25,786 bases of DNA, taken from IMG/VR virus record IMGVR_UViG_3300034107_000631, positions 1 through 25,786 of that record. One strand, given 5' to 3'. The stretch comes from a virus (lineage: Duplodnaviria > Caudoviricetes). How positions within the stretch are numbered: position 1 is the first letter of the stretch; each line of letters opens with the position of its first letter. Under the pieces are notes generated by a model that worked only from the letters and a program-made list of their open reading frames with translations, was not told the origin of the DNA and ran no database searches. Shown here in pieces: positions 7,378 through 20,100 of the stretch. A program made the translations under genes and the position numbers.

Positions 7378-9186
7378 ATGGCAAATGTGGGAGATACTGA
7401 TAATATTATAAGTAAGATTTTTGAAAAAATAGACAAAGTTCAAGCTGGTCTTTTTGGTTCAGAACTTGGTACTTTTTTAAAAGACCAAATAAAAGAAATG
7501 ACAAATTTCACAGGGGCATTAATTGCTTTGGATAAAGAGTCGGCTGATTTAAGTAAGAATTTTCTTCTTGGTAGAACTAGAATAAATGAGTTTAAGGGTA
7601 TTATTGCTGATACTGCACCTATTGTTCGTGAATTGGGTGGTGATATTGGTGATATTAATGCAATGATTAAAGACACAGGTGAAGCACTTGGTAGAAATGT
7701 ATTATTTACCCCTGAAGTTTATGGTAAAATATTTGCAATAAATGATTTGTTGGGTACACAGACTAGTACTCTTGCAAGAAATTTTTCAAATGCTGGTATA
7801 TCTATTGCTAAAGTTGGAGGTGACATTGAAGCCTCACTAAATTATATTAAGAGTATTGGTATGGATGCTAAATCCATAATGAACCAAGTAGTTAATAATA
7901 CTGACCAATTAAATAGATTTAATTTTAAAGAAGGTGTTTTAGGTTTTTCAAAAATGGCTGCAACAGCAACTTTGCTTAAAACAGATATGAGTACCATTCA
8001 ATCATTAGCAGATAAAGTTTTTAATGTTGAGGGTGCTATTGATACAGCTGCTGCTTTTCAGAGGCTTGGTGTTTTTATGGGTGATTTGGCTGATCCATTC
8101 TCATTAATGAATAGTTCATTAAATAATCCAGAAGGTCTGATTAAGAGTATAGCAAAGGCTGGAGAAAGGTTTACTGAATTCAATGCTGAAACAGGTAGAG
8201 TTGAAATAAATCCATCTGCTATGGGTATGTTTAATGAACTTGCTGCTGCATCTGGTATTGGTGCAGATAAACTTAAACAAATGGCAATTTCATTAAGAGA
8301 ATTTAACGAAAGAGCTTCACAAATAAATTTTAAATTTGATTTAAGTGAGGAACAACAAATGCTTATTGCTAATTTGGCATTTTTAGATGAAAAGGGTGAA
8401 TATGTTGTTAATATTAAAGACCAGAAAACTGGTGAAATGATTGCTCAAAAAGTTTCAGATTTAACAGAAGAACAAATTTCAAAACTAAAAGAACTATCAG
8501 ATGAGAAACCAAAAACAATGGAAGAAATTGCAAAAGAATCAATGAGTATTACTGATATTATAAAAAATGATGTTCAAGCAATAAAATATAAAATATTATT
8601 TGGTGTTGCTGGCACGCCAGCATTATTGAAGGCACAAGAGTCTGTAAGAGGTGAAATTGGAATGGGTTATGATTATCTACGTGAATTGATTCCAGACATG
8701 AAAGATACCAGAAAATTTTTAACTAATATAGGTACTGACATAATTAATAGTTATAAAAATTCTGGAAATTTTGAAGGCAATTTAGAAAAAATATTAAGTA
8801 ACTTTCCAAATTTTGGTGATGTGCTTACTCAAATGAATAAGGCTGGTGAAAAAAGTGGATTTAATGATAGTTTAACAAAGGATATGTTAGATAAATTATC
8901 AAGTGCAACTGGAATTAGTGGAAATGATTTTAAAAATTTAATAAAACCTTATTTTAATGTTGGTGGTCCAGAGTATATAGGAACAGAAATTATAAAAAAT
9001 ACTACAACAAATATAAATAATTCAAAAGATAATAAAGTTAATTTTAATTTAACAATTGATGTAATTCATAAATCAATGGATTCAACAGGGGCAATAAAAT
9101 CAATGAATCAAGTTGAAAGAATCAATCAATCATTTAAAGATAATGCGTTTGGTAAAAAACTTACTATAAATATTCCAAATAAGTAA
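7378..9186 (+). CDS. Probable tape measure protein
   Basis: 602 aa, Ala/Gly/Met-rich and helical in character (e.g. ELAAASGIGADKLKQMA); canonical position after tube and chaperone. Confidence 0.7.
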   Translation: MANVGDTDNIISKIFEKIDKVQAGLFGSELGTFLKDQIKEMTNFTGALIALDKESADLSKNFLLGRTRINEFKGIIADTAPIVRELGGDIGDINAMIKDTGEALGRNVLFTPEVYGKIFAINDLLGTQTSTLARNFSNAGISIAKVGGDIEASLNYIKSIGMDAKSIMNQVVNNTDQLNRFNFKEGVLGFSKMAATATLLKTDMSTIQSLADKVFNVEGAIDTAAAFQRLGVFMGDLADPFSLMNSSLNNPEGLIKSIAKAGERFTEFNAETGRVEINPSAMGMFNELAAASGIGADKLKQMAISLREFNERASQINFKFDLSEEQQMLIANLAFLDEKGEYVVNIKDQKTGEMIAQKVSDLTEEQISKLKELSDEKPKTMEEIAKESMSITDIIKNDVQAIKYKILFGVAGTPALLKAQESVRGEIGMGYDYLRELIPDMKDTRKFLTNIGTDIINSYKNSGNFEGNLEKILSNFPNFGDVLTQMNKAGEKSGFNDSLTKDMLDKLSSATGISGNDFKNLIKPYFNVGGPEYIGTEIIKNTTTNINNSKDNKVNFNLTIDVIHKSMDSTGAIKSMNQVERINQSFKDNAFGKKLTINIPNK

Positions 9187-9194
9187 TATTTATA
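9187..9194 (+). promoter_or_regulatory. TATTTATA putative late-promoter motif
   Basis: 11 nt before ATG 9206, within a 19-nt intergenic gap. Confidence 0.55.
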
Positions 9195-9205
9195 TATAAA
9201 AAATA

Positions 9206-12200
9206 ATGAGAAGTCCTTTAGATTTTGGAAATAGTTTTAATTATAGAAATGTATTAACAACTAAAAATTTACCTCCATATAAGAAAACATCTTTTGGGAG
9301 AGTTCCTCCATTTTTTTATGAGGCTGGTCCATTTAGGGTTTCTCCAGTAATTGATAGTGATGACAAATTAATTGACACTCCAGTTTTCTCAAAACAATTA
9401 TATCCATTAAATCAATATGGTGCTGTTGGTGGTTATACACAAGTTACTGATCCTAATATATTAAAAAATAAAAAATCAAATTTTGGTGAATATAATATAG
9501 GTATTGCTAATACATTAAAGATTAATAATAAAGTATTATTAGAAAATTTATCAAGAAATTATTATACAACAGCTGATAATACTATTGATTCCGGTATTTT
9601 TTTAGAAAAACTTGATTATTGGTTTGACCCAAATTTACCAAAAAAGGGGATATTGTATTATTGGGATAAAGGTGTTCCTAATTTTAAACCATCAACATAT
9701 ACTGCATTTGGTATATTAACAAATGATGCTGAAACAAAATCTAATTTAGCTGCTGATTCATATATTACAAGATTGGGTGCAAAAGTTTTAAATGAATATT
9801 TTACAGAAAGAGTTGGTAGATTAACTGATAGATTTAATGTTATAAAAAAGTTTGAAAAAACAATTGATAGTTTAAATAATCCATTAGATGTTTATAACCT
9901 TATTACTGGTAGAAACCCCATATTACAACCTAATTGGAGTATAACAAAACCAAGTAATTTACTTGTTGGTGCTGCACAATTGTCATTAGATTTAGCTGGG
10001 GGTGAATTACCTTTTCCTAGTATTGTTGGGAGCTATTTTGATGAAACAATTAGTTTAACTGGGAAAGGGGATAAGGGTTTTCTTGGTGGGTTATTTAAAC
10101 AAAAGAAAACTGGTTCACAATTATTTTATGATAATATGGGGGCTGGTCAGAGGTCAGTTTTATATAAAAATATAAATAAAAATTTATATAAGCCAAATTA
10201 TGAAAGAAGTGGTATTATAGGTTCTTTTTTAGATTTATTCACAAAAAATACTGAAACCTATTATGTTGGGAGTGATAATTTGGATATTGGGGATATTGCA
10301 TCTCCAGCTGGTGAATTACCAATAGACCAATTTGGAAGACCACTTAAAATAAGTGTTTATGGACCAACAGAGTTGTCAAAAGTATATGAAGGGGAAAACT
10401 TTAATCCCCCTATGGCATTGAATGGTATATCTGATATTGATGGTGGTGGTATTGAAGGGGGTTTTACCTGGGTATCACCCAAATATAAAGGTAATAGTGG
10501 AAAGAATGTTGGAAAAGGTGGTGAAGTTTTTGGGGAGAATGGTACAAAGAGAACAACATTTGATTCAACTGAATCAACAAATTATGAATTAAAGAAAGGT
10601 TCAATATTAGATGATACTCAAAGAATTATTAATTCACAACCAAATGGGGCAAATAGATTAAAGCATGTTGGAAATGCAATGGATCAAGTTAGCAAAGTTT
10701 TTAATGATGGATATAAAGAGATAACAAAAGGTTCAAGAGTTAGGACATATAAGTATCAAAACCCAGAAACTTTGGTTGGGGGCACTTTTCAAGAATATTG
10801 TAGATTATTTACAAAAGATTCACCCTATATGACTTATGAAAGATTGCAGAAAACAAGTGGTATAACTAATGAAGGGAGGAGATTAAAGAGTTCTGTTATA
10901 AATAAAACTTATGATTTAAGTATTGCCCCAAGGAAGGGGAATGATGCTAAAAAATATATGTTATCTATTGAGAATTTGGCATGGAGAACAACAAATATGT
11001 TTTTAGATTTGCCAGAATGTGAGAAGGGACCAAATGGGGGTAGAATAATGTGGTTTCCACCATATGATTTAAAAGTTTCAGATAGTTCTAGTGCAAATTG
11101 GAATGCAAATGATTTTTTGGGAAGACCTGAACCAGTTTATACTTATAAAAATACAACAAGAAATGGTACTTTGGATTTTAGTATTGTAGTTGACCACCCC
11201 TCAATTCTTAATTTAATTGCAAATAGAGTTTTAGAAAAAGAAAATAATTCTGAACAAATAAATGGGATATTAACTTCTTTTTTTGCTGGATGTTTAAAGT
11301 ATGATATATATGATTTGGCTAAAATATATAATACAATGACTTTATCTGAACTTGAAGAAATTCAAAAAATGGTAAAAGAATCCCCATCTACAAAAGATGA
11401 AACAACCTATATTAAACGAACAGTAATAACTGGTGTTGACCCTTTAACACTTTTTGATATTGATACCCCTCCTGATGAAAAAGTAACAGTATTTGACAAA
11501 TATGCAGATTTTGCATTTTATTTTGATAATGATGAACCTATATCAAGTATTGCTGATTATACAGTATTATTTAATACATATACTGCTTCAACAAGTTATA
11601 ATAAGGGGGAGTTAAAAACTTTTATGGATAATTATGTTAAAAATAATTTTACAGAACTAAACAAATTCATAACTGAGTGCAATAATTTCTTAAAAGAAAA
11701 TGATGGGAATACTGTTGAAGTTACTCTTAATTCATCAGCATCAAAACCAGCAAGTAATAATTATAATAAATTATTAAGTGCAAGACGTAGTGGTAGTATA
11801 GTATCTTATTTAAAGAGTAATATAAAATCACCAAATTTTACAATAAAAACAAATAATCTAGGTGAAGACACTGGTGTTACAGCAAAGTCATCAAATAACC
11901 AAACAAAGAGAGTTGATGTTTGTAGTGGCTTTACAGGGAATGCAATTTATAGTGTAAGTGCTATGGCTTGTAGAAGAGTTGCCATAGGAGGTGTTACTGC
12001 AATAAAGAAAGGGGTTGCACCAAAAATTGAACCAAAAAAACAAACAAGTGAGGCACAAATTAAAGTTATTACAGAAGGAAAAGAAAAGGAAACAACTAAA
12101 GTTGAGGAAAAATTATATAAAAATGTATCAAAAAGAGTCTTGCAAAAGTTATTAACTGAATGTGATTATTTTGAAACAATTGAAGAAACCAGCCCATTTA

Positions 12201-13870
12201 TATATAATAATTTAAAAGATAAAATAAAATATTTTACACCAGCATTCCATTCAACAACACCAGAAGGTTTAAATGGTAGATTAACATTTTTGCAACAATG
12301 TGTTAGACCTGGGGAGACAATCCCAACAATAAGGAAAGATGGTGCAAGTGAAGTTAGGGATGCAAAGAATACATCTTTTGGTATACCCCCTGTTTTAATA
12401 TTAAGGGTTGGAGATTTTTACCATACAAAAATTATACCAGAAAATTTAACTATTAGTTATGATCCAATAAGTTGGGATATAAATCCAGAAGGAATTGGGT
12501 TTCAACCAATGATAGCAAAGATTAGTTTATCATTTAAGTTTGTTGGTGCTAGTGGATTGAGTAAAGCAGTTGATAAGTTGCAAAATGCATTATCATTTAA
12601 TTATTATGCCAATACTGAAGTTTATGATGCAAGAGCAGAAAAAACAGATGATAGTTTGGCTGATATGGATAAGAAGATTGAGGAATTCATTAGAGAAAAA
12701 GAAAAAGGTCAAACAGAAAATTTTGATGATATTCCAGTTGTTAATTCCTATACAACAATTGGTACATTAGATATTGTTAATAAAACTTTAACATATGTGA
12801 ATCTAGCTAATGAATTAAAAGATTCAGCAACATCATATATTGATACAATAAATTCTGCTATACAAGAAAATTCTAAATCATACAATATTGAATTGATTTC
12901 TGTTATATTAAAAACGTTAAATAATATTGAGGGAATATATAATTCAACAAACAATAGTGAATTAAAATTATTTGGCATACCAACAAATTATCAAAAGGAA
13001 ATTGATGATTTCACTAAAAAAATAAAAAGTAATATTAAAAATAATACTGATTTATTTATTGATAAAATAAATAGTGAATTTTCATCAGATAAGAATACAA
13101 AGTTTGAAGTTTCAAAGAATTATCAATTATATGTTGATACTGAAATGACAAAGGTTAACAATATTATTAATTCATTTGCCATAAAAATTATTGAAGCCCA
13201 AGAGAAATTTCAAAAAGTATTGAGCAAGGCTTTGTTTGTTATGTCAACACATGATGGTTATGATGGTTATGATGGTTATGTTGATAAAAGTGGACAATTC
13301 TTTGTATATGAATTAAAAAATAAAATGACAATAATTAATGATATCTTGGAAAGTGTTGGTGAGAATATAAATAAAATATTACCTAATTTTAGATTGACTA
13401 ATTATGATCCAGAAAGTTTATACAACATGAATGAACAAGATAGTTTGGTTTATTTATTGCTATATGGTTCATTAAAAGATAAAAATGGTTTTGAAAATTT
13501 TGAAAAACAAATTCTGATTAAATCAGTCAATCCGGATAATAAAGTAAATGATATTAACACTAAAATATCAAAAATATTCAAAGAATATTGGGATGAAAAA
13601 TTAAAAGGATATTCAGGTATTTTTGATAATACAACAAAATTTTTAAGTGCTTTGGGTAATTATACTAAAGATGCTACCACATTTTTGAAAAGTATTACAA
13701 TAAATAATACAAATCTTATTACTGATTATAATGAAATAAGTTCACCAGATAATGCAACAAAAAAAGCATTATTAAATTTAAATGGTGATACAAATTATGA
13801 TAATAATAAAAATACTTGGAGTAAGAATGATAATGATTTTATTTTAGTTAAAAATAAATTAACAAGATGA
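9206..13870 (+). CDS. Large baseplate/tail-tube-initiator-like protein (gp48/gp54-like fold) with an internal OmpA-like peptidoglycan-binding domain
   Basis: Tube-like segments FPPYDLKVSDSSSANW...GRPEPVYTYKNTTRNGTLDF and PPVLILRVGDFY...LTISYD...PMIAKISLSFKF. OmpA-like segment FYFDND...SAS...YNKLLSARRSGSIVSYL...GE...CRRVAI. Confidence 0.65.
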   Translation: MRSPLDFGNSFNYRNVLTTKNLPPYKKTSFGRVPPFFYEAGPFRVSPVIDSDDKLIDTPVFSKQLYPLNQYGAVGGYTQVTDPNILKNKKSNFGEYNIGIANTLKINNKVLLENLSRNYYTTADNTIDSGIFLEKLDYWFDPNLPKKGILYYWDKGVPNFKPSTYTAFGILTNDAETKSNLAADSYITRLGAKVLNEYFTERVGRLTDRFNVIKKFEKTIDSLNNPLDVYNLITGRNPILQPNWSITKPSNLLVGAAQLSLDLAGGELPFPSIVGSYFDETISLTGKGDKGFLGGLFKQKKTGSQLFYDNMGAGQRSVLYKNINKNLYKPNYERSGIIGSFLDLFTKNTETYYVGSDNLDIGDIASPAGELPIDQFGRPLKISVYGPTELSKVYEGENFNPPMALNGISDIDGGGIEGGFTWVSPKYKGNSGKNVGKGGEVFGENGTKRTTFDSTESTNYELKKGSILDDTQRIINSQPNGANRLKHVGNAMDQVSKVFNDGYKEITKGSRVRTYKYQNPETLVGGTFQEYCRLFTKDSPYMTYERLQKTSGITNEGRRLKSSVINKTYDLSIAPRKGNDAKKYMLSIENLAWRTTNMFLDLPECEKGPNGGRIMWFPPYDLKVSDSSSANWNANDFLGRPEPVYTYKNTTRNGTLDFSIVVDHPSILNLIANRVLEKENNSEQINGILTSFFAGCLKYDIYDLAKIYNTMTLSELEEIQKMVKESPSTKDETTYIKRTVITGVDPLTLFDIDTPPDEKVTVFDKYADFAFYFDNDEPISSIADYTVLFNTYTASTSYNKGELKTFMDNYVKNNFTELNKFITECNNFLKENDGNTVEVTLNSSASKPASNNYNKLLSARRSGSIVSYLKSNIKSPNFTIKTNNLGEDTGVTAKSSNNQTKRVDVCSGFTGNAIYSVSAMACRRVAIGGVTAIKKGVAPKIEPKKQTSEAQIKVITEGKEKETTKVEEKLYKNVSKRVLQKLLTECDYFETIEETSPFIYNNLKDKIKYFTPAFHSTTPEGLNGRLTFLQQCVRPGETIPTIRKDGASEVRDAKNTSFGIPPVLILRVGDFYHTKIIPENLTISYDPISWDINPEGIGFQPMIAKISLSFKFVGASGLSKAVDKLQNALSFNYYANTEVYDARAEKTDDSLADMDKKIEEFIREKEKGQTENFDDIPVVNSYTTIGTLDIVNKTLTYVNLANELKDSATSYIDTINSAIQENSKSYNIELISVILKTLNNIEGIYNSTNNSELKLFGIPTNYQKEIDDFTKKIKSNIKNNTDLFIDKINSEFSSDKNTKFEVSKNYQLYVDTEMTKVNNIINSFAIKIIEAQEKFQKVLSKALFVMSTHDGYDGYDGYVDKSGQFFVYELKNKMTIINDILESVGENINKILPNFRLTNYDPESLYNMNEQDSLVYLLLYGSLKDKNGFENFEKQILIKSVNPDNKVNDINTKISKIFKEYWDEKLKGYSGIFDNTTKFLSALGNYTKDATTFLKSITINNTNLITDYNEISSPDNATKKALLNLNGDTNYDNNKNTWSKNDNDFILVKNKLTR
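13251..13280 (+). repeat. 9-bp in-frame tandem repeat (ATGATGGTT x3.3; DGYDGYDGY)
   Basis: Three exact copies followed by ATG. Confidence 0.9.
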
Positions 13871-14190
13871 ATTTAAAATATTATAATAGATATTCATTAT
13901 TTAGCAACAATGGGCAGCAGAAAGTTGTGCCATTTATAAAATTACCCCCAAAGGGTAGTGATAATGTATTTTTCTATAAAAAGAATGTTAGTAGATTAGA
14001 TAAAGTTTCACAACAATATTATCAGAGTCCATTTTTTGGTTGGCTTATTTTGGCTGCAAATCCAGAACATGGTGGTCTTGAAAATAATATATATGATGGG
14101 GCAATGTTGAAAATACCATTTCCATTGGAAACTTCTTTATTAGATTATAAAAACGCAGTAGAAAATTATTTCTTTTATTATGGCAAATGA
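13867..14190 (+). CDS. LysM-like baseplate wedge protein (T4 gp53 / P2 gpX-like)
   Basis: RLDKVSQQYYQSPFFGWLILAANP...GAMLKIP. ATGA overlap with the upstream gene suggests translational coupling. Confidence 0.8.
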   Translation: MNLKYYNRYSLFSNNGQQKVVPFIKLPPKGSDNVFFYKKNVSRLDKVSQQYYQSPFFGWLILAANPEHGGLENNIYDGAMLKIPFPLETSLLDYKNAVENYFFYYGK

Positions 14191-17100
14191 ACAAGGTGAT
14201 GTACATGTTATATATGATTATCAAAATGTCATATATATTGATCCAAACAAGATAATCACCAATACTGGGGAGGTTATAGACAGGGCTGTAATTCCAGAAA
14301 ATTTTGTTATGTATGCTAATTTGGAAACAAAATTAATACCAAGGACAAAACTTTTGATTGGGGGTGACCCCAAGGATTCTATTAAGAATATTAAACTTGC
14401 TTCTATAAATTTTTTAAAACCAAATACAAAAGATGATTATTTTACTTCTAGTTATTATGATGAATTTACAGGAAAAAATTCATTAGGAGGTAAAGGTACA
14501 AATCAAAAAACTATTGATTTGGTTGGGGAAGGTGAAGAATCTTATTTCTTGAATGGTGTGGATAATATTGAGGATAATACTTTGTTTGGTATTAAAATGA
14601 TTGATATTAAGACAAATGCATCATTTGTTCCCACTGTTACCATTACAATGGAGGATATTCAAGGTAGAGCATTATTTAGTTTGGGTAATGATTCACCTTA
14701 TTCTGCATTTTTTAATTTACCATACCCCCCATTTTATTTAACAATTAAAGGGTATTATGGTAAGGCAGTTAGGTATGAATTAGTTTTGACAAAATTCAAT
14801 GCAAATTTTAATACTACAAGTGGGGATTATACAGTTAATCTTGAATTTTTGGGGTATAAATATAATGTATTATCTGATATAAGTGTTGGGCATTTAATTG
14901 CTTGCCCAAATATGTATGCAAAAAAATATAAGATAACTCAAACAAATCCTTCTGATTTAACTCCATCCCAAGTAAACAACATATCAAATCAAACAGATGG
15001 ACAAATACAAAGTTCATTAAATGATGAAACGGTCTTTGAGGTTAATAATGAACTTGGTTATCAAAAAATAATTGAGGTATACAAAGAATATAAAGCAAAA
15101 GGATTAATTGATATTAATTTCCCAGAATTAACTTTGGCTGAATTAACATACAAACTTGAGATGTTTGAGCAAAATGTTTTAAATTCATTAAACAAAGTTG
15201 ACGTTCAGAAATTAACAGATGGAAAAAGGTATAAAAAATTCCTTTCCAATTATTATCAAGAGGTAAGAGGGGGTATTACTTCTTGGTATAATAAATATTT
15301 GGATAATAATCCTATTATATTGTTAGGTGAAAAATATCCAGCATATGGGTTCAAGAAAGAAATTATAGATAATCCCAAGGATGGTAAGATACTTTTGGTT
15401 GAAAGTGATTTAAAAACTATTATATCAAAATACAATAGTGAATTAAATGATAATCCAACTTTTGGTATATATGGAACATCACCAATTGAAAATAATATTA
15501 ATTATAATACATTTGATATTAATATTAAACGTTCTGATGTTGATTGGTGTAAAACATATAAAATAAGAAATAAATCTGTTTCTTTAATTGAATTAAATTC
15601 ATTAACTGAAGATGATTGTAGAACTAGAATAGAGAAGAATATATTTTTTACTTACACCATTTCTGGGGTAACAAGAACAACTCCCACTTTTGTTATTGCA
15701 CCATTTGTTGAAGAAAGAAATTCAATGGAAGCAAAATTCATTAATGAATTAAATGGTATTGAGAGGGCATTGTCTGAACAATTGGCAAAGAGGATTGAAA
15801 AGAAAGAAACCGGAATTGGATTTAAACCAACCATAAAGAATGTTATTGCTGTTATTATGGCAACAACTGAAGGGTTTCTTAGGTTGATGGAAGATGTTCA
15901 TTTAAAAGCCTGGAATGCCAGAGATAACCAAATTAGAATAGATGGGGTATTTAGTGATAACCAAATAGCAAAAGATGATAATTCTTTGAATACTGAAGAT
16001 AATTTTGTATTTCCTTGGCCATTGGTTTTTCAAACAAATGATAAGAAAGATGCAAATAAATATGAATTGGTTTATCCAGGAGATCCAACAGTTGTTAATA
16101 CAACAAAGGGTTATTTTTATGATGTTTGGCCAGAAGTTGAATTTGTTGAAGAATACATAACTGGATATTCAAAACGTTCAGAAACTCCATCCCCCAAAGA
16201 TGCACTTGATTTGGATAAAATTATTAGGAATAGTTATGTCCATACAACAATGGAGTATCCATTTCAAGTTTTACCATATGAATTAACATCAAATTCAAAA
16301 TTCTTTTATGAATTATGGGATAGGATTCTATTATCATCATATATATCAGGATTTTCATCAATATATGAAAATGACAAGAGGATTGGTATGCTAATTAAAG
16401 AAAATGAATTTAAGAATATAAAGAATACATTATCAACCAATTCAGTAATCTTTATTCAGCAATTAAAAAATATATTATTTTCAGTAAATGGATTAGATTA
16501 TGATAATTATAATGCAATTTTGGAAGATATATCTGGGGGAATATCTGAAAGGTATAATAGATATTTGGATGGGTTTTCCAATTCAAACTACATTAGTGAT
16601 ATATTAAATAATCCAAGTAAATTATATGATATTGGTGATTTTAAATTAACAACAGATAATTTTACCAATAATTTAAATGAATCAAAATCTAATACGATTA
16701 TTAATGTAATTCAAAAAGCACCAACAGATGGTAATATAAATTTTACTTATCCTTTTACTGATGCATTGTGGGTTAGTGAAAATTTAACTAATGATTTTGC
16801 TAATAAATATGACACAACAAAAACAATATTATTCAATAGGAAGAGAAATGTAATAACAAATTTTAAAGAATATAATGAAATTGTAACAAACAGACCATTT
16901 AAGTTTTTTGCAACAGAAAAACCTATTATGTATGGTTCAATATATCAAGATAATTTTTCAACAAATCAGACAAAATCTTTAATTAATAGTCCAATATTTA
17001 ATAATGCAATTCAAGTTGGGGTTAACAAATGGAGAACAGGTGAAAAACACCCATATATTGCTTCTGCTTATCTTTTTTTAAATTCCCTACCCTTATCACC

Positions 17101-20100
17101 CCTTACCAGTTTTTTCATTGATAAGGGCAAACCAGAGAAGAATGGACACGTTTTTGCAACCTTTATAAAGTATTCTGCTTTGCATAAATTACCATATGCT
17201 TGGATATTAAAATATGGATCAATATGGCATAGGTATAAAGAAACAGTTAAGACTGGGGTGGATTTTTTGGATGAAGTCTGGAAAGATTTTGATTATAAAA
17301 CAAATTTTAATGCAGATTCAAATTTTGAATATATTATTAATGGTAATCAGCCAATAAAATTAAAAGAGAATAATAATATTAGCATAGGTTTTTATCCTGT
17401 ATTATTAAATGATTATAATGCTTTTTTAAATGGGTATGATTTATTTTCTGGATTTACAAATAATGAATTGAGTGTAAATGAGAAAAGGGGTTTTAAAGTG
17501 CTTAATTCATTAACATATAGCATAAGTGGATTAACATTTAATTGTTATACCACATTAGTTCCAAAAAATATATATGATAGTTCAACATTTAGCAATTATT
17601 GTGAAGATACAAATTTTAGTACAACATCTAAATACTATGTATTACCATCAACAAATAATAATTTAATTACAAATTCTTCATTACCTAAAAGTACTTCTAC
17701 TTATTCATCAGTTGATTCATTATTGAACACTGCTCATAATGGGGCAATTAGTTTGACTATGCAAGATGAATATAATTCATTTACATTAGATAATTTAAAA
17801 AAGCCAAATCATACAGAGTACCTTAGTAGTAAAAGAGATGTAAATGCGTTTTCATTGTTAATGGATTTTGGAAATGAAAATTATGCATCAATTGAGGATA
17901 TATTTTCAATATTTGATTATGATACATTAAATTTATTTGAAAATGAATTTTTAAATTTCAGCAAATCAATATATGATATTGACCAAGATAAGAATCAGAT
18001 AAATTTGATTGGTTTGGATTATAGTAATCCAGTTTCAGCATATAAAAATTTCCAGTTGCTTTTTAGGAATTTGATGGAAGTACCATCAAATCATCTTAAT
18101 TTGATTGATTCTGAATTTTATGAACAATCTGCCAAATATCAAGAAGAGAATATAACCAATTTTTTGGATGGATTTTTGAGTTATGATATGCTATTTAAGT
18201 ATGGTAATCCAACACAATATGATAGATATTATTATAATTCATTAATTGGTCATCTGGGTGGTAATTCTAGGATTTTAAATCCAGCAACATTTAAAGGATA
18301 TGTTGCAAATAGTTTACCAAATAATATAGCATTACAATTGTCTGAATTAGCAAATGAAAACGCTTGGAAGGCATTAAGGCAGCATGTTGGATTTTCAACA
18401 ATTAGTTCATTAACGTATAAAAATAATGGTTCATATATTACAGATTTCTTTATTGATAACAATATTGAATTTACTGAAGCAAATGTTATTGCGTTAGCAA
18501 AACCAATTAAAATATATGCAACACAAAAATTAAATAATCCCCTATTTAACAAACAACAATTTTTAATTCTATTAAACAATCACCAAAATTCATTAGATAC
18601 TTTTGTTGAAGATAATTTAAATGAAACATTATTATTATTAACAAAAGAAATTAATAATATTGATATTGTTGAAATTAATGAAATAAATTCAGGGTTAGAT
18701 AGTAAATTTTCCAAATATGATTTATATGAAACATTTAAGTCAATAAATGATAAGTGGATTTCTAGCAGTGATTTTACAAGTAGAACTTTATTTGAGGATG
18801 TTTTATTTTTGGATAGGGGTGGTAGGAATATTGGTGATTTATATTATGTGGATATTTTTGATTTGAAGAAAATATTTGTAGGGACAAAAACAAATTTAAA
18901 GACCCCGGTATTTAATTTCATTGGTGGAATTCTTGTTAAGAATAACTTTAATGTTTTACCAATGCCATCTTATGTTAATTTCTATGGGGCATTATCACCA
19001 ACTGATATTATTGAAGATGTAATTGAAAGTGCTACTGATATTGCCAATGATGTTTGGGGAAATTATACAGATGTTGATTATAGAAAATCAGGGCCAAAAT
19101 TGGTTTGTATTTTTTCTGGAAGAGATTCAACAACACCTAAAGGTCCAAAAGATTTTAGATATGGGGATGATGCCATTGATATGTTAAAACCATCAAAGAT
19201 ACCATTCTTGGAGGATCAAACAAGTAAAAAAGATTGGTCTCAATCAAATAAGTGTGTTAGTTTTTTGGTTGATGCAGGAATTAGGAATCAAGCCATATTC
19301 TATGGGGTGACAGTTGACCAGAATAATGGTACAGCAACATTGGAATCATTGATACAACAAGAGGAAGTTAGGAATTCTGTTTCAGGTAGGGGTGAAACTA
19401 CTCAAAGTGCTTCATTATTCAATCTTTATAAGAATTTAAGTTATAAATCTACTATAACTTGTTTTGGTAATGCTTTAATTCAACCAACAATGTATTTCAA
19501 TTTGGAACATGTTCCAATGTTTGGTGGACCTTATTTCATTACAGAAGTATCACACAAAATTGCACCAGGAACATTTGAAACTACATTTACTGGAACTAGG
19601 CAAAGTATATATGCCCCCCCAAGTACAGATACATATTTAACTAGTATTAATGAAAATTTATTGTCCAAGATAGAAAGTAATTATGCTAAATCTATTCAAA
19701 ATGAGAAGACAGAAAAATCTAGTGAAACAAATAATTCTCAAACTAGTGGAACAAAGCAAACAAATTCAAGTGAATGTGGAAAATACTTATTTGAAAATTA
19801 TATTCAATATGAAAGAATAACAGATGAAAATATTATTTATTCATCTGCAACTGAAATATATTCTGGAATAACCAAAACGGTTGGTGGTAAATTGGCTGAT
19901 TATATTTACATTATAAGTTATCTGTCATCTTTTGATGATAATAAATTTAAAGCAAATCACAATAACTTTGGAAATGTATGGTTAACCTATGATAGGGGTA
20001 ATCCATCAGCATTTAACCAAGATAAAAAAACATTTTATTGTGCAAAGAATGTTGAGAATGAAAAGATACAAACACCATTTGCTATTTTTAGTTCATTTGA

